Source: a virus
DNA length: 64,000 nucleotides
Strand: one strand, 5' to 3'
IMG/VR virus record: IMGVR_UViG_3300021364_000006
Positions 58,501-64,000 of this stretch are shown here, piece after piece. Made by a program: the position numbers and the translations under genes. Position 1 is the first letter of the stretch. Each line of letters opens with the position of its first letter. Below the pieces are notes generated by a model. That model was not told the origin of the DNA. It ran no database searches and worked only from the letters and a program-made list of their open reading frames with translations.

Positions 58501-61091
58501 TTGCCGTTTGGATCATATACAACTTCTTCACCATTTCCAAAATTGTGATTATTAATTGTTCTAATAGAATCAAAATAAACGGAGACTCCACCACCATCAC
58601 TGGCATTCTTTCCATTAAATCCAACTTCTCTGAATACATCTAGAACAATAGGTTCAACTCTTGCTCCAGCACCATTACCACCAGTAACAGTTATATTTAA
58701 GACTTGATCAATGCTAAACTCTTGTGGATCAATTAGAACATCCTGTAAAGTTCCTCTTACTGCAACATTTGAAGCTGCAGTTCTTCCATTATTATCTGAC
58801 CCAGAAATTACTAATTTTGGTGGATTTACAACATCATAATTTTCGCCAGAATTGAAAACGTTAATTTTTTCAACTGGACCAAAAAATACTTTATCATCAG
58901 TTTTATAGTTTGTAACTTCTACACCATTCTCAAGAATACCACAAGCACCAGCAACTGTAGAAGTCTCAGCACCAGTATCTAATGATCTTATTAAAGAAAA
59001 CTTTTTGAGAATTTTCTGTGGATTAATTTTTTTATTAACTTGCTCCTCTAGAGAAAATACATGACTGCCAGTATCTCCACTTAAAGGAACATTTATTTTT
59101 ATATTTCTACCACTATCAATAAATGATCTTGCAACATAGAGTTTTACTTTGTTATTTGGGCTTAGAACCTCAATAAAATAACTTCTACCAAACTCAAGTC
59201 CTTCAATTGGATCAGTTGCTGTTCCAGCAGAATAAACTACTTCGTCACCAGTTATGAAAGGAACATTGGTTGGAAAAGAAACAATATTATAGTTGCCACT
59301 ATCGGTATCTAAATCTTCAATAGATCCAGATGATAAAGATGCCTCTGCTATTGAAGATTCAACTTGATTCAAATCAATGTTATAATCAGGAAGAGAATTC
59401 GATGCTACATAGATCTCACTCTTGTCTTTTGTAATATAAGTGTTTAGAATATTTGATAATAGTTTATCATTTCCATATTCCAATTCAATGCCAGAACTTG
59501 ATGCTTTTTTTACAATTCGTCTAATATCATAACCTCTTCCCTGCACCAAGTTAGTAATACCATCACCAGACAAAACAACTTCTCTATTTCCAGTAATAGA
59601 AACAGTAGCTAATCCTACAACAACATCACGATCACCTCTATTAACAATTTCAACATTATCACCATTACGGAGATATGCATCATCTAAATCTCTCTCTAAT
59701 ACGAAAACAGATCCATTAAATCTGTTAACTTCTATACTAGATGCCGTATTATACTTCCAAGAATTGAATGAGATTTCTTCATAAGTTTTTTCACTTGATG
59801 GATTATCAATATTTGCACCAATAGATTTTGTTCTATAAATTTCTCCAATCTGAGCATTATAGATTTGCTCTTGGGGATCAAATTCAGAAATTACACCCGT
59901 TAATCTTAATTCAACTTTTTCATTTGTATCTGTGGTATAACCATATACGATGTCGTTAGTTCTAATACTTGTCGTAGCTGGAATATTTTGAGTAACTCCA
60001 GAGCATCCTAAGAACTGAGTAATTGTTTTATCAGTATATGTAATGGTATTTGTACCACTGACCAAAACACCAGACTTGGGGAAACCAATTGTACTATCAA
60101 CTGTAATGACATCATCACCAATCAGAACGTCACCAATACATTTTGATTGTGGTGTTATTGAAAATGTTCCTTCAAATCCAGGGGAAGGATCCTGATATCT
60201 TTGATAGAGATAGATTGTATAATATGATCTTCCACCTCTAATAGTGTTCTCTACTTCAGAAATTGGAGCTGAAGCGCCATTAATTTCTGTAGAATTTTCA
60301 TTATCATCTTGGAACAATGTCTGTCCAGAAAGATTGAGTGGATTTCCACCACCAACCTTTTCTGCAACTAGTACTAGTCTTCTTCTGAATGATGCTTGGG
60401 ATGGTTCAAATAGAAATTCTGATTGTTTTCTGACACTTGATTGTTGACCAAATAAAATAGAAATCAGAGTGTTAATTGACTCTCCAGTTCCTTTTGATTG
60501 GTAAAATGATTTTAAATTTTTAACTAAGTTGTTGATATTGAGATCTTCGTCAAAAGACTCATCTTCAAAACCTGGTGCATATAATACCTTTAGGTTTCTA
60601 AAAAATTCACGTAAGAATAGGGTGCTGAGATTGGTCACACCCATACCGACAGTATGGGCCTCTGCTTCTGTTTCTTTGAATATTACTTCGCCATTAGAAT
60701 AATTACTAATACCACTAAATCCACGAATACATCCAGTAAATGAATTTGTAGTAATGCCAGTGTAATAGATTATCTCATTATTAATCTTAAATACACCATC
60801 TTTATTTGGATATCCCTTAGTAGATTCAACGTTAACAACGGTATCACTACTTGATACAGCTGATGTCAAAGTAGTAACGCCAGAAACGATATCTGATGTA
60901 ATATTATCAAACTTTAGATATTGATCAAGATTATCAATCAAATCCCCAGGGCTACCCTGAGAATCTTGTGATTTGTAATACTGCTTTAAGAAGTCAACCG
61001 CCTTTGGTGTTTCTACGGAAACATAAGACGGTAATTGACTTTCAATAATTTGATTAACTTTTACTCTCGTATCAATTCCAGTCTCTATCAT
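46518..61091 (-). CDS. gp7: giant baseplate wedge initiator (gp7-like, 4857 aa)
   Basis: QLPSYV...FLKQYY, K.FYQSKGT, HSPLIGWAYDGNPIYG / DLDKHNGRF (YHYH-like), DNDYYQ..AYSIKS; located between gp6 and gp8. Confidence 0.88.
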   Translation of the reverse strand: MIETGIDTRVKVNQIIESQLPSYVSVETPKAVDFLKQYYKSQDSQGSPGDLIDNLDQYLKFDNITSDIVSGVTTLTSAVSSSDTVVNVESTKGYPNKDGVFKINNEIIYYTGITTNSFTGCIRGFSGISNYSNGEVIFKETEAEAHTVGMGVTNLSTLFLREFFRNLKVLYAPGFEDESFDEDLNINNLVKNLKSFYQSKGTGESINTLISILFGQQSSVRKQSEFLFEPSQASFRRRLVLVAEKVGGGNPLNLSGQTLFQDDNENSTEINGASAPISEVENTIRGGRSYYTIYLYQRYQDPSPGFEGTFSITPQSKCIGDVLIGDDVITVDSTIGFPKSGVLVSGTNTITYTDKTITQFLGCSGVTQNIPATTSIRTNDIVYGYTTDTNEKVELRLTGVISEFDPQEQIYNAQIGEIYRTKSIGANIDNPSSEKTYEEISFNSWKYNTASSIEVNRFNGSVFVLERDLDDAYLRNGDNVEIVNRGDRDVVVGLATVSITGNREVVLSGDGITNLVQGRGYDIRRIVKKASSSGIELEYGNDKLLSNILNTYITKDKSEIYVASNSLPDYNIDLNQVESSIAEASLSSGSIEDLDTDSGNYNIVSFPTNVPFITGDEVVYSAGTATDPIEGLEFGRSYFIEVLSPNNKVKLYVARSFIDSGRNIKINVPLSGDTGSHVFSLEEQVNKKINPQKILKKFSLIRSLDTGAETSTVAGACGILENGVEVTNYKTDDKVFFGPVEKINVFNSGENYDVVNPPKLVISGSDNNGRTAASNVAVRGTLQDVLIDPQEFSIDQVLNITVTGGNGAGARVEPIVLDVFREVGFNGKNASDGGGVSVYFDSIRTINNHNFGNGEEVVYDPNGNKSIAITGFGQTNFTGNFLETGGKYFTEIIDPTSFRLYESIADFNSGINTVGFSTGSNSGGFHKFRTANQTKQITGVNVLDSGSGYENRAVAIQTTGITTSNNSFNFKNHGYSTGELVTYSASGDKIPELSTEDQYYILKIDDNNFRIANAGVAGTNPTNFNRGLAERITGIGTGLHTFNYPPVTVDVAVSIANTVGVVTATPVVKGEIIDTLLYDGGSSYGSKVLNFHKRPTVDIKTGTGVELQPVIVDKKIIDILVTQPGTNYFSPPDVVISSESGSGCKARALVNDNGNVTDVIILRTGNNYVASNTSVEGVSRGSGALLRPSVRNLTINNRVRFADYNGEALIDKGENGLQYCAVGYNPKLQADFQDLDSTKHSPLIGWAYDGNPIYGCYGYTDPDSTTSIIKLIESGYTIDITQVEDRPSGFESGLFLEDYIFNDSGDLDKHNGRFTKTPEFPNGTYAYFATLKLDSFTGDLVSSFPYFVGNSYRSNIVPENLAGSSLSLTQDFDFIGNELIRNTFPYNVAVVGADYDFFTQPYNFDNQDITVQSRSTGGVTGLAIVNKGRNYKVGDSVVFDNTRTTGGAVAAQVFEVTGTDVQSITKEFLTYDKFVFETLNDNQVIASISTYHDLEAGNIVKISGLSTYVAQLAGDKAIGVPIDDFSLTENVPLESVGGMTTDLPVSRVPEFLRPNTEIEINDETVTVLNVFKPLNIFGRFNNIIRVKRGTTGSGHTVGAALTVKPSQFIFSFDGATLDSKPNDVVYFNPTESVGFGTTTGIAVDRSYEIGGITTDRSIPTYSIYLENHPFVDNQEIKIIKPGDRNPIAVSTVGAGATFNLPISGQEQLVYVVNKGPNTIGIKTTLDSTEINFISCDSDDYEYQVQSNFKQITGKVERLTARVSTGSSHGLQKDDTVKFEVKPNLTVGIGTSTAVRIKFEEFIQNVVVDQIGFSSSSVGLSSSRFNIESHGLVTGDLVFYNADETTGIDTGKYFVFSGDPDSFSLAETLTDLSGETLTLVGFTTVGGSSHTISKVNPEIEVTRNNSLKFDLSDPTLSGYNFKIFYDKEYRNEIVGTGQSTAFEIIGIGTVGLGTASATIQFNEYLPEQLFYNLEKISDNTLVESDDATQNFSRILYIDSEYSKQSTVVGLGTTATTFLINLPDKPEKDSYVKSEVDKIEYTTRSTSAFGGISKIDILSQGFEYDRLPGISTITSEIGVDAELIPKSQEIGRLNLVEVKKPGFDFAVDKTLKPVADIPALHEVTDYFTTGSVRPVFGGRNFISAPNLVLVNSVTNEQVDGVSLLANLDGGSIDSVDIVNSGSGLQGVGHSVFSLINDNGLSITKIDSVQTGIMTLTVVTPVLGFTTNPLAPGDEVFVDGIQEYTGEGDGFNSKDYGFRFFEVTSFNGGINPAEVTIDLSGIGTGSPGVGVTNVNFGSIVKKDAYPTFFVEIAPKPFINNEPLELVNASGERTKINLTVESNEDAIFKTRGAYELEPGDKVYGSVSGAEAIVVEAKRFNAFYDVGYGSTINFGWLDNRGLLNEDTQVVPDNDYYQRLAYSIKSPVKYEDLIGPVNRLAHISGTKNFADTEVTSVAVAATNAIEDGTQSLVIDLFNQSDVTTNNFFDFAVDTDVDQNVTNITQVATNSVKFGTKKLTNYIECITNRVLQIDDISESFIDRENLVGTFKDIISFPAGTGYSRFTVIVTDAIDLTSYQVYDVVILSDGNNNSYILEKSNIKSNPQLGVSLEEERESLGEITAFYDQVFGTMNLRFTPSNPDKTYNLKAFRQLFDSRTSGIGSVVIGDTTLIGVTTSVGIGSTEQIVGLASSEFNSAFAYVEILDEVTSERQYAEVSVLHDGVNGFIADYGFDTSDRLLNYSPIGTFGVNYDTSGTDDVVKLEFHNNVGNPTLVKSNVIGFTTTSVGIRSTFFKLTTQADGTERTARLESNVIEETMAGYGITVVGITSLFDRVSKSIIRVSSGNTQSMSQVMMTQEAGQRDIFVLEYPQLGVNTAIGLGTFTSEYDGIFAKLLFKPDSKFAGDQIRIEEFSEIIYGDQDTNILSIDEFGAGTVIEEVIQSIYTPQDRTNFTLAYEGYPIFARRFNPGNSSVFDSTTGNIFLESHFLNSGQNVKYSPGSTIIGINSESITIGSTTAGGGGVIGDIRDGVDIVSAASTNTGIAVGDEFFGPGVAAGATIVSIGNTFRFFLGDSDGTKVITGIANTTIIAIGDTIRELVTETGFGTVTAIGDQQITVENNVPVGVGSTYYSERLGIGITMSAVATATTSRQSYFSGFTTNVLPEDLFVIRIDNNNIKLATKKDFALKNIGIEPTGIGAGNNHLIDTTKKLEKSLIILDGVVQAPISRTLVTHTLIEDLGVGNTFIPLSGISTLVPDYILLIDDEFMNIQNVGLGTTGAGPITGVGTFQLANVQRGFVGTKAVTHSNQSEVIVHRGAFNIVESDVYFVDTPRGAGGDFITDERGLPFTRSEFSGRVYLRNDYATNELYDDVSPEFTGIGRTFALTVDGGNYPVGLDTSSGSGLLFINGVHQGQSTDNNPLNVYTITSDEDNVNVEFSGTKLLSGDPYISDLDAVKNQLPNGGVIVSIASSGGLGIAPLVGAKVIANVNAAGTITDIIGFNTVGTYTTITDFIYDGVSGIGTVTTDGPHGFKYSDFIDFRNIQFDCTSGYDSLVGVSTLDYDHVSGIMTVTTSDNHNLNKDMRVQFKDLQMICPAGSYNKRVGVTTFDYNNVVGIMTITTNLVHGLNVGMQVKLERFEFACSSEHAGVTTTFFPDGTNGRIFNIVTKRNSTTEFETQVGVSTIPHIPTGTSEAAVEIGVTTDRFSSDLGTQWGISGFDYTESSGVGTITTKGTHGIGIGSFVRLANLEFTCDSEHSGVTTTIFPDTVIDEFEVTGSTATTLTVNVGISTIAHTYVDHTGHLNRVTYADSYLVDSIVGPTTFVTNVNPVGFAHTYIGGGVVETGFTTTRFPDNRGIPFAISNFEYDKTTGFSTITTKKNHSGLAIGDVINLSGIAMTCLAYDNEIGLYDFDYTASTGVSTILTLENHGLSDGDLVMIRDVEFTCSSEHLGVTTTIFPDGTQGFIFNVNAGSAGTTLVTNVGISTIDHEYVSGTGKIRTGITTSIFPDGTQGFEYKIFDLPSDNQIITNVGISTIDHIYDDHGIVFGVKTVGPYEIDTILSDTQFMVDVFKVGFAHTFVPNRRRGGVVAEAAKFNYLSFGSGYFGNVDIEVEEVGHSGAAATITATIPDNVHIFVSATDDGVTRSIGGTLTVSDANYDPVTGILTLTFTGSHGLTTANTIRIADRSITFTCAQDNHQSTHPYPRPTDPASDTDLAVLSTPTATQITVNVGTSSNSTGGTLEFTIVGGGSGYTNPVINIPDPSYGDLPIEGVNRLGIGATTETGKGLSVDCIVGSAATVGFGTDLFGVTNYALSRPGFAFKKGDIFKPVGLVTAAGITTGYEEFQLEVIDVLNDTFSSWNFGQIDYIDSIRSLQDGVRTRFPLNLNGNPLSFQTDPTNQRSVQIDLDSVLLLFVNGVVQVPKKDYFFEGGTSFNFNFTSPPGPSDEISIYFYRGTRGVDSFIVTVFETVKPGDEVQLKKYDGTDTITQDERTIFSIKDSTDIETNVYRNQGIDADVFRPISFTRQKKDIIISEQIQPKIRESLEAQVMPTTKIIKDLSASDTEIFVESANLFRYEQDDGNTGLVVADGFIVNQNEPVAASVTATVSTAGTISALTIVDGGAGYADGAVEISIANPPRIDRPKYGIVGVGSTAILSASASGGIVTSVSIDYEGVGYQNTNPQVIVELQAAETDTFTDSDVILGYAGIITGIGTTTGTGSHPLALKFQVDLSDSGPVSLLPTLLEGYPIFVKDTVTGNGVTSVNADDSAVVGVGTTVLNNIYIVNAFQLEGNTGIITCNIKSDTDTVGIATTTGTDIGEFSWGRLANFTRSTDPISLTVSGNTVDVGLSSFPSLSRRGLGLRNTGSLNKIIFL
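48853..50615 (-). repeat. six copies of a ~95-aa beta domain, nested inside one another
   Basis: Recurring motifs (F)xYx3-4GxxTxTTxxxHG...FxC, G(V/I/F)TTxxFPD, and TNVGxSTIxHxY. Confidence 0.8.
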
Positions 61092-61092
61092 T

Positions 61093-63015
61093 TTACCTTG
61101 TTAGTTTGCCGTTTGAGTAACTTGAAGTCACTGGGAATCCGATTCCCGAAACTTGTTCACCAGAAGTAATTGTGTCCTTCACCATATTTATCGTGCTTTT
61201 GTCGATTGATAATTCAACAAATAAGTTTTCTAATCCAATAACATCATTGCTTTCTGGGAATGCCTGAACTTCTACAATTCCATTAACAACCACTGTACTA
61301 ACTATGTTAATAGTGAAAATATTAATCTCACCTGTTTTGTAATCTACAACTCCAGCATTTTGAACTTTTGTAGACGCTACACCATTTTCATCAATAGCAA
61401 TAAATGAAACAATACCACTCTCATAAGTGCCATTAGGAAGCATAGTTGGTGTATCTGTCATGTACAGAATTTCAGGAATACCTGCAACATTAAATCCTGT
61501 TGATTTGATATTTGCTCCTGCTGGATTTACATGAAACTGATTTCCAAAACACAACTCATATTGAGCTGGATTGTTTAGGATAGTTCTCATATTTCTTCTA
61601 ATTTTTACTTTTGTAATATTAGAAGTAATTGCACTATCAGTGGCGTCAATAACATTTAATAATTTACTATATTTAAATCTTCCACCAAAATTATTAAGAT
61701 CTTCAGAATCTGCAAATTCAGATAGTGTTGATATAACATTACTCTTTAGAGTGTCCAAACTAGAAACTCTACTTCCATTGTAATATACAAAAGTATCGAG
61801 TTCTATTGAAAGAATTTCAAGATCAACAATAGATTGCTTAATTCCAGCAACTGCATAATCTTTCAATCTACTTAGAATAATTCCTTTGTTAAAGTCAGAT
61901 ATAAAATAATCATTCTTAGGTTTGATTGATATTTCAACTTCACCAAATCTTGGTGGCGTCATTTCTTCACCACCAACCACAGAAACAGACTCGGTATCAG
62001 GAAAAATTTGTTTTACGATTGCTTCGTAATCACTAGCCGTAACCGCTCTGTACTGTGATGAATATGACCTAGGAGCAAAGTATTTAATAGACTGTAAAGA
62101 CTCTATCTCAGCGCCTCCTTGCGCCTTCTGGTTGGTTGTTACTGTTATACCATTAGATGGTGAAATTCTGTTTTCTTCAGCACCTCTTAGAACCCCAGCA
62201 AAACTGAAGTTTGTGACACCATTACCTTCCAGTCCATCAGTTATAATGAATGATGCATTAATTTGACTTCCTGTTTCTAGTGCTTTACCAATAACACCAT
62301 CACCAAACAGTAGTTCATATTTTTCATCTTTTACTTCTTGTAAAAAGAAAACTTCAGAAGTCGAACCAATTTTAAATAAAGTATCTGATTTTACGTATTC
62401 ATCGCCCAAAGTCATGTCTTGAGGGCCTTTGACTCTTACCCTTAATGTATCAGTATCTACTGATGGATTTGGAATAATAAATCTTTGGTCTAGAGATGTA
62501 TCAACATTAAATTTCTTAGTTGCGTATGAACCTTGATAAACTTCAATATTTGAGAAAGTTGCAGTTCTAGCACCAATCTGATTATCTAATGGATTATCTA
62601 AAGGTGATGTTGTGGTAATATCTTCTGGTATAGAGAATACAAAACTAGTATTTTTTGTGTTACCAGTGCAAACCAATCCTGCTTTTAGAGTTACAGTTTG
62701 ACTTGAACCAGAAAATTTAACAGAAAATGATATTATTGACTTAGCTGCAGTTCTTGATCTAGGTGTATATCCAATATTTCTCGCTAATGAGACGACATTT
62801 TCTCTCAATGCGGCAGATTCAATGAAAGATTCATTGACAACCATGTTCGCATTGAATGCGCTGATGTAAGTATTATAAGCAAGCGTGTCTATCAGGACAG
62901 AAAAGTTCGATCCTTCAAAGTCAAAATCAGAAAAATCAGAATTTGCTCTCAAATAATCTTTGATTTGCGTCCTGATTTGAGCAAAATCTAAGTTTGCGTA
63001 CTTTGTGAATGGCAT
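61093..63015 (-). CDS. gp6: baseplate wedge subunit
   Basis: LDFAQIR, DFDFEGSN.SVLID.LAYNT, SQYRAVTASDY. Confidence 0.96.
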   Translation of the reverse strand: MPFTKYANLDFAQIRTQIKDYLRANSDFSDFDFEGSNFSVLIDTLAYNTYISAFNANMVVNESFIESAALRENVVSLARNIGYTPRSRTAAKSIISFSVKFSGSSQTVTLKAGLVCTGNTKNTSFVFSIPEDITTTSPLDNPLDNQIGARTATFSNIEVYQGSYATKKFNVDTSLDQRFIIPNPSVDTDTLRVRVKGPQDMTLGDEYVKSDTLFKIGSTSEVFFLQEVKDEKYELLFGDGVIGKALETGSQINASFIITDGLEGNGVTNFSFAGVLRGAEENRISPSNGITVTTNQKAQGGAEIESLQSIKYFAPRSYSSQYRAVTASDYEAIVKQIFPDTESVSVVGGEEMTPPRFGEVEISIKPKNDYFISDFNKGIILSRLKDYAVAGIKQSIVDLEILSIELDTFVYYNGSRVSSLDTLKSNVISTLSEFADSEDLNNFGGRFKYSKLLNVIDATDSAITSNITKVKIRRNMRTILNNPAQYELCFGNQFHVNPAGANIKSTGFNVAGIPEILYMTDTPTMLPNGTYESGIVSFIAIDENGVASTKVQNAGVVDYKTGEINIFTINIVSTVVVNGIVEVQAFPESNDVIGLENLFVELSIDKSTINMVKDTITSGEQVSGIGFPVTSSYSNGKLTR

Positions 63016-63016
63016 T

Positions 63017-63418
63017 TTATCTGGTAGCCTCTAATACGAAGGAGAATTCTTGTGCTGGAATATCCAAACCAACAATATTATATGCAACAACGCATTCAAA
63101 TTCATTTCTATCGGGCGCTGGTCTCACATTCACTTTAACATTATCGACTCTAGGTTCGTATTGATTGATTACCAGTCTGATTTCTTCTGCAATTTGGGTG
63201 GAAGTACCAAAATCAACAAAGGAAAATAGTAGATCACCTACTGGTGAACCCAGATCTGAGTCAAAAAACCTCTCAGTGAAGTTAGTTTGGACCAAATTAC
63301 GAACGGCTTTCTGAATCGCCCTCTCATTTTTTAAAATAGGTAGGTCTTTTGTGACAGGATGAGCCTCAAAAGAGAACGAAATGTCCTTAAATGCTCTTGA
63401 AACCCTCTGAGTTGCCAT
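63017..63418 (-). CDS. gp25: baseplate wedge subunit (gp25 family)
   Basis: FKDISFSF..HPVTKD, AI..AVRNL, ERFF, YEPRV. Confidence 0.94.
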   Translation of the reverse strand: MATQRVSRAFKDISFSFEAHPVTKDLPILKNERAIQKAVRNLVQTNFTERFFDSDLGSPVGDLLFSFVDFGTSTQIAEEIRLVINQYEPRVDNVKVNVRPAPDRNEFECVVAYNIVGLDIPAQEFSFVLEATR

Positions 63419-63439
63419 TAATCGACCTAGTACTTTATG

Positions 63440-63447
63440 TATTTAGA
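63440..63447 (-). promoter_or_regulatory. late promoter variant TCTAAATA (gp25 operon)
   Basis: Intergenic; the same variant occurs upstream of gp3 and, as ACTAAATA, upstream of uvsW. Confidence 0.55.
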
Positions 63448-63453
63448 GAGGTT

Positions 63454-64000
63454 TCACTGCACATCTTCATACCGACCTTCTTGAGAGTGGTACATGTCTT
63501 CACTTTTTTCAATATTTTCTCGTTCTTTCGCTGTTTTCCAAAAATATTCGTCTTCACGACCCATCCCAAGTCGCTCATAACCATTTTCTACACTGTAATA
63601 TTGCGTCGAAACCTTAAAATCAGGCATTTTGGGATCAACAGGAGTCAAGCTGTTGTCAAAAATACGCATTCTGTTGTTTGGATACAGTGCATACTGCCCA
63701 TTTTCCAATTCAATGAGGTTTGATGACTTATGTTCCGCAGGATTTTCACTTGTGGCATAGTCAATCACGTCTGGATCCTGGTGATAATTGTCTAGAGTAC
63801 ACACATAGGTGCCTCTCTGGATGCCGAAGTCGCGTGTATATAGTTCATAGTCCATTGAACCGATAAACTGCTTTTGAACGGCAACTACACCATAGTCCAT
63901 ACAGTTCCAAAACTGTAGATTTGGTAGATCCATATCAGGATCAGGTGTCTTTGGTTCCGAGAGAAACGCGCTGATGGGCAGTTTATCGTACATTGCAGCA
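63454..64000 (-). CDS. conserved hypothetical protein, probably 5'-truncated by the window edge
   Basis: Frame is open to the edge (AAMYDKLPISAF...); LQFWNC and YPNNR motifs. Confidence 0.7.
   Translation of the reverse strand, partial: AAMYDKLPISAFLSEPKTPDPDMDLPNLQFWNCMDYGVVAVQKQFIGSMDYELYTRDFGIQRGTYVCTLDNYHQDPDVIDYATSENPAEHKSSNLIELENGQYALYPNNRMRIFDNSLTPVDPKMPDFKVSTQYYSVENGYERLGMGREDEYFWKTAKERENIEKSEDMYHSQEGRYEDVQ

Noticed and set aside
487-63723. Numerous plus-strand ORFs of 60-155 aa in the ORF track
   Set aside because: All lie antisense to well-supported genes, show no recognisable motifs, and are expected as codon-bias shadows.
1-64000. tRNA or rRNA genes and photosynthesis genes
   Set aside because: Intergenic gaps are short with no cloverleaf or T-loop signature seen, and no psbA/hli-like ORFs are present. 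The cyanophage assignment rests on gene content and order only.

Overview
This 64 kb window is from a T4-like marine myovirus. Gene content and order match T4-like cyanophages (Kyanoviridae type); the host is inferred, not shown. Every credible gene lies on the minus strand. In transcription order (right to left): baseplate genes (gp25, gp6, a 4857-aa gp7-like protein, gp8, a 2482-aa VrlC/DUF4815-like protein); neck, tail, terminase and head genes (gp13-gp23, gp3); uvsY, uvsW, late sigma gp55, gp47, gp46; a VWA-metallopeptidase with a CobS/MoxR AAA+ partner; then gp45, gp44, gp62, regA, hsp20 and the 5' end of gp43. Accessory genes inside the replication block are three 2OG-Fe(II) oxygenases, a DenV-like glycosylase, a DUF3310-like protein and a DUF4338/DruA-like protein. 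I saw no tRNA, CRISPR array, intein or intron. The best second-look observations are: (1) a recursively nested, tree-like domain repeat in gp7; (2) a ROSE-like RNA thermometer on hsp20, next to a separately promoted and terminated ~75-nt RNA; (3) back-to-back sigma70-type promoters at gp55, one firing antisense into the late operon; (4) a 736-aa putative protease-cleaved capsid-internal polyprotein; (5) a duplicated 27-bp stop/RBS/start junction flanking a mini-gene; (6) a strongly basic ~400-aa segment in an otherwise acidic virion protein. All family calls come from motif recognition by eye, not database searches.
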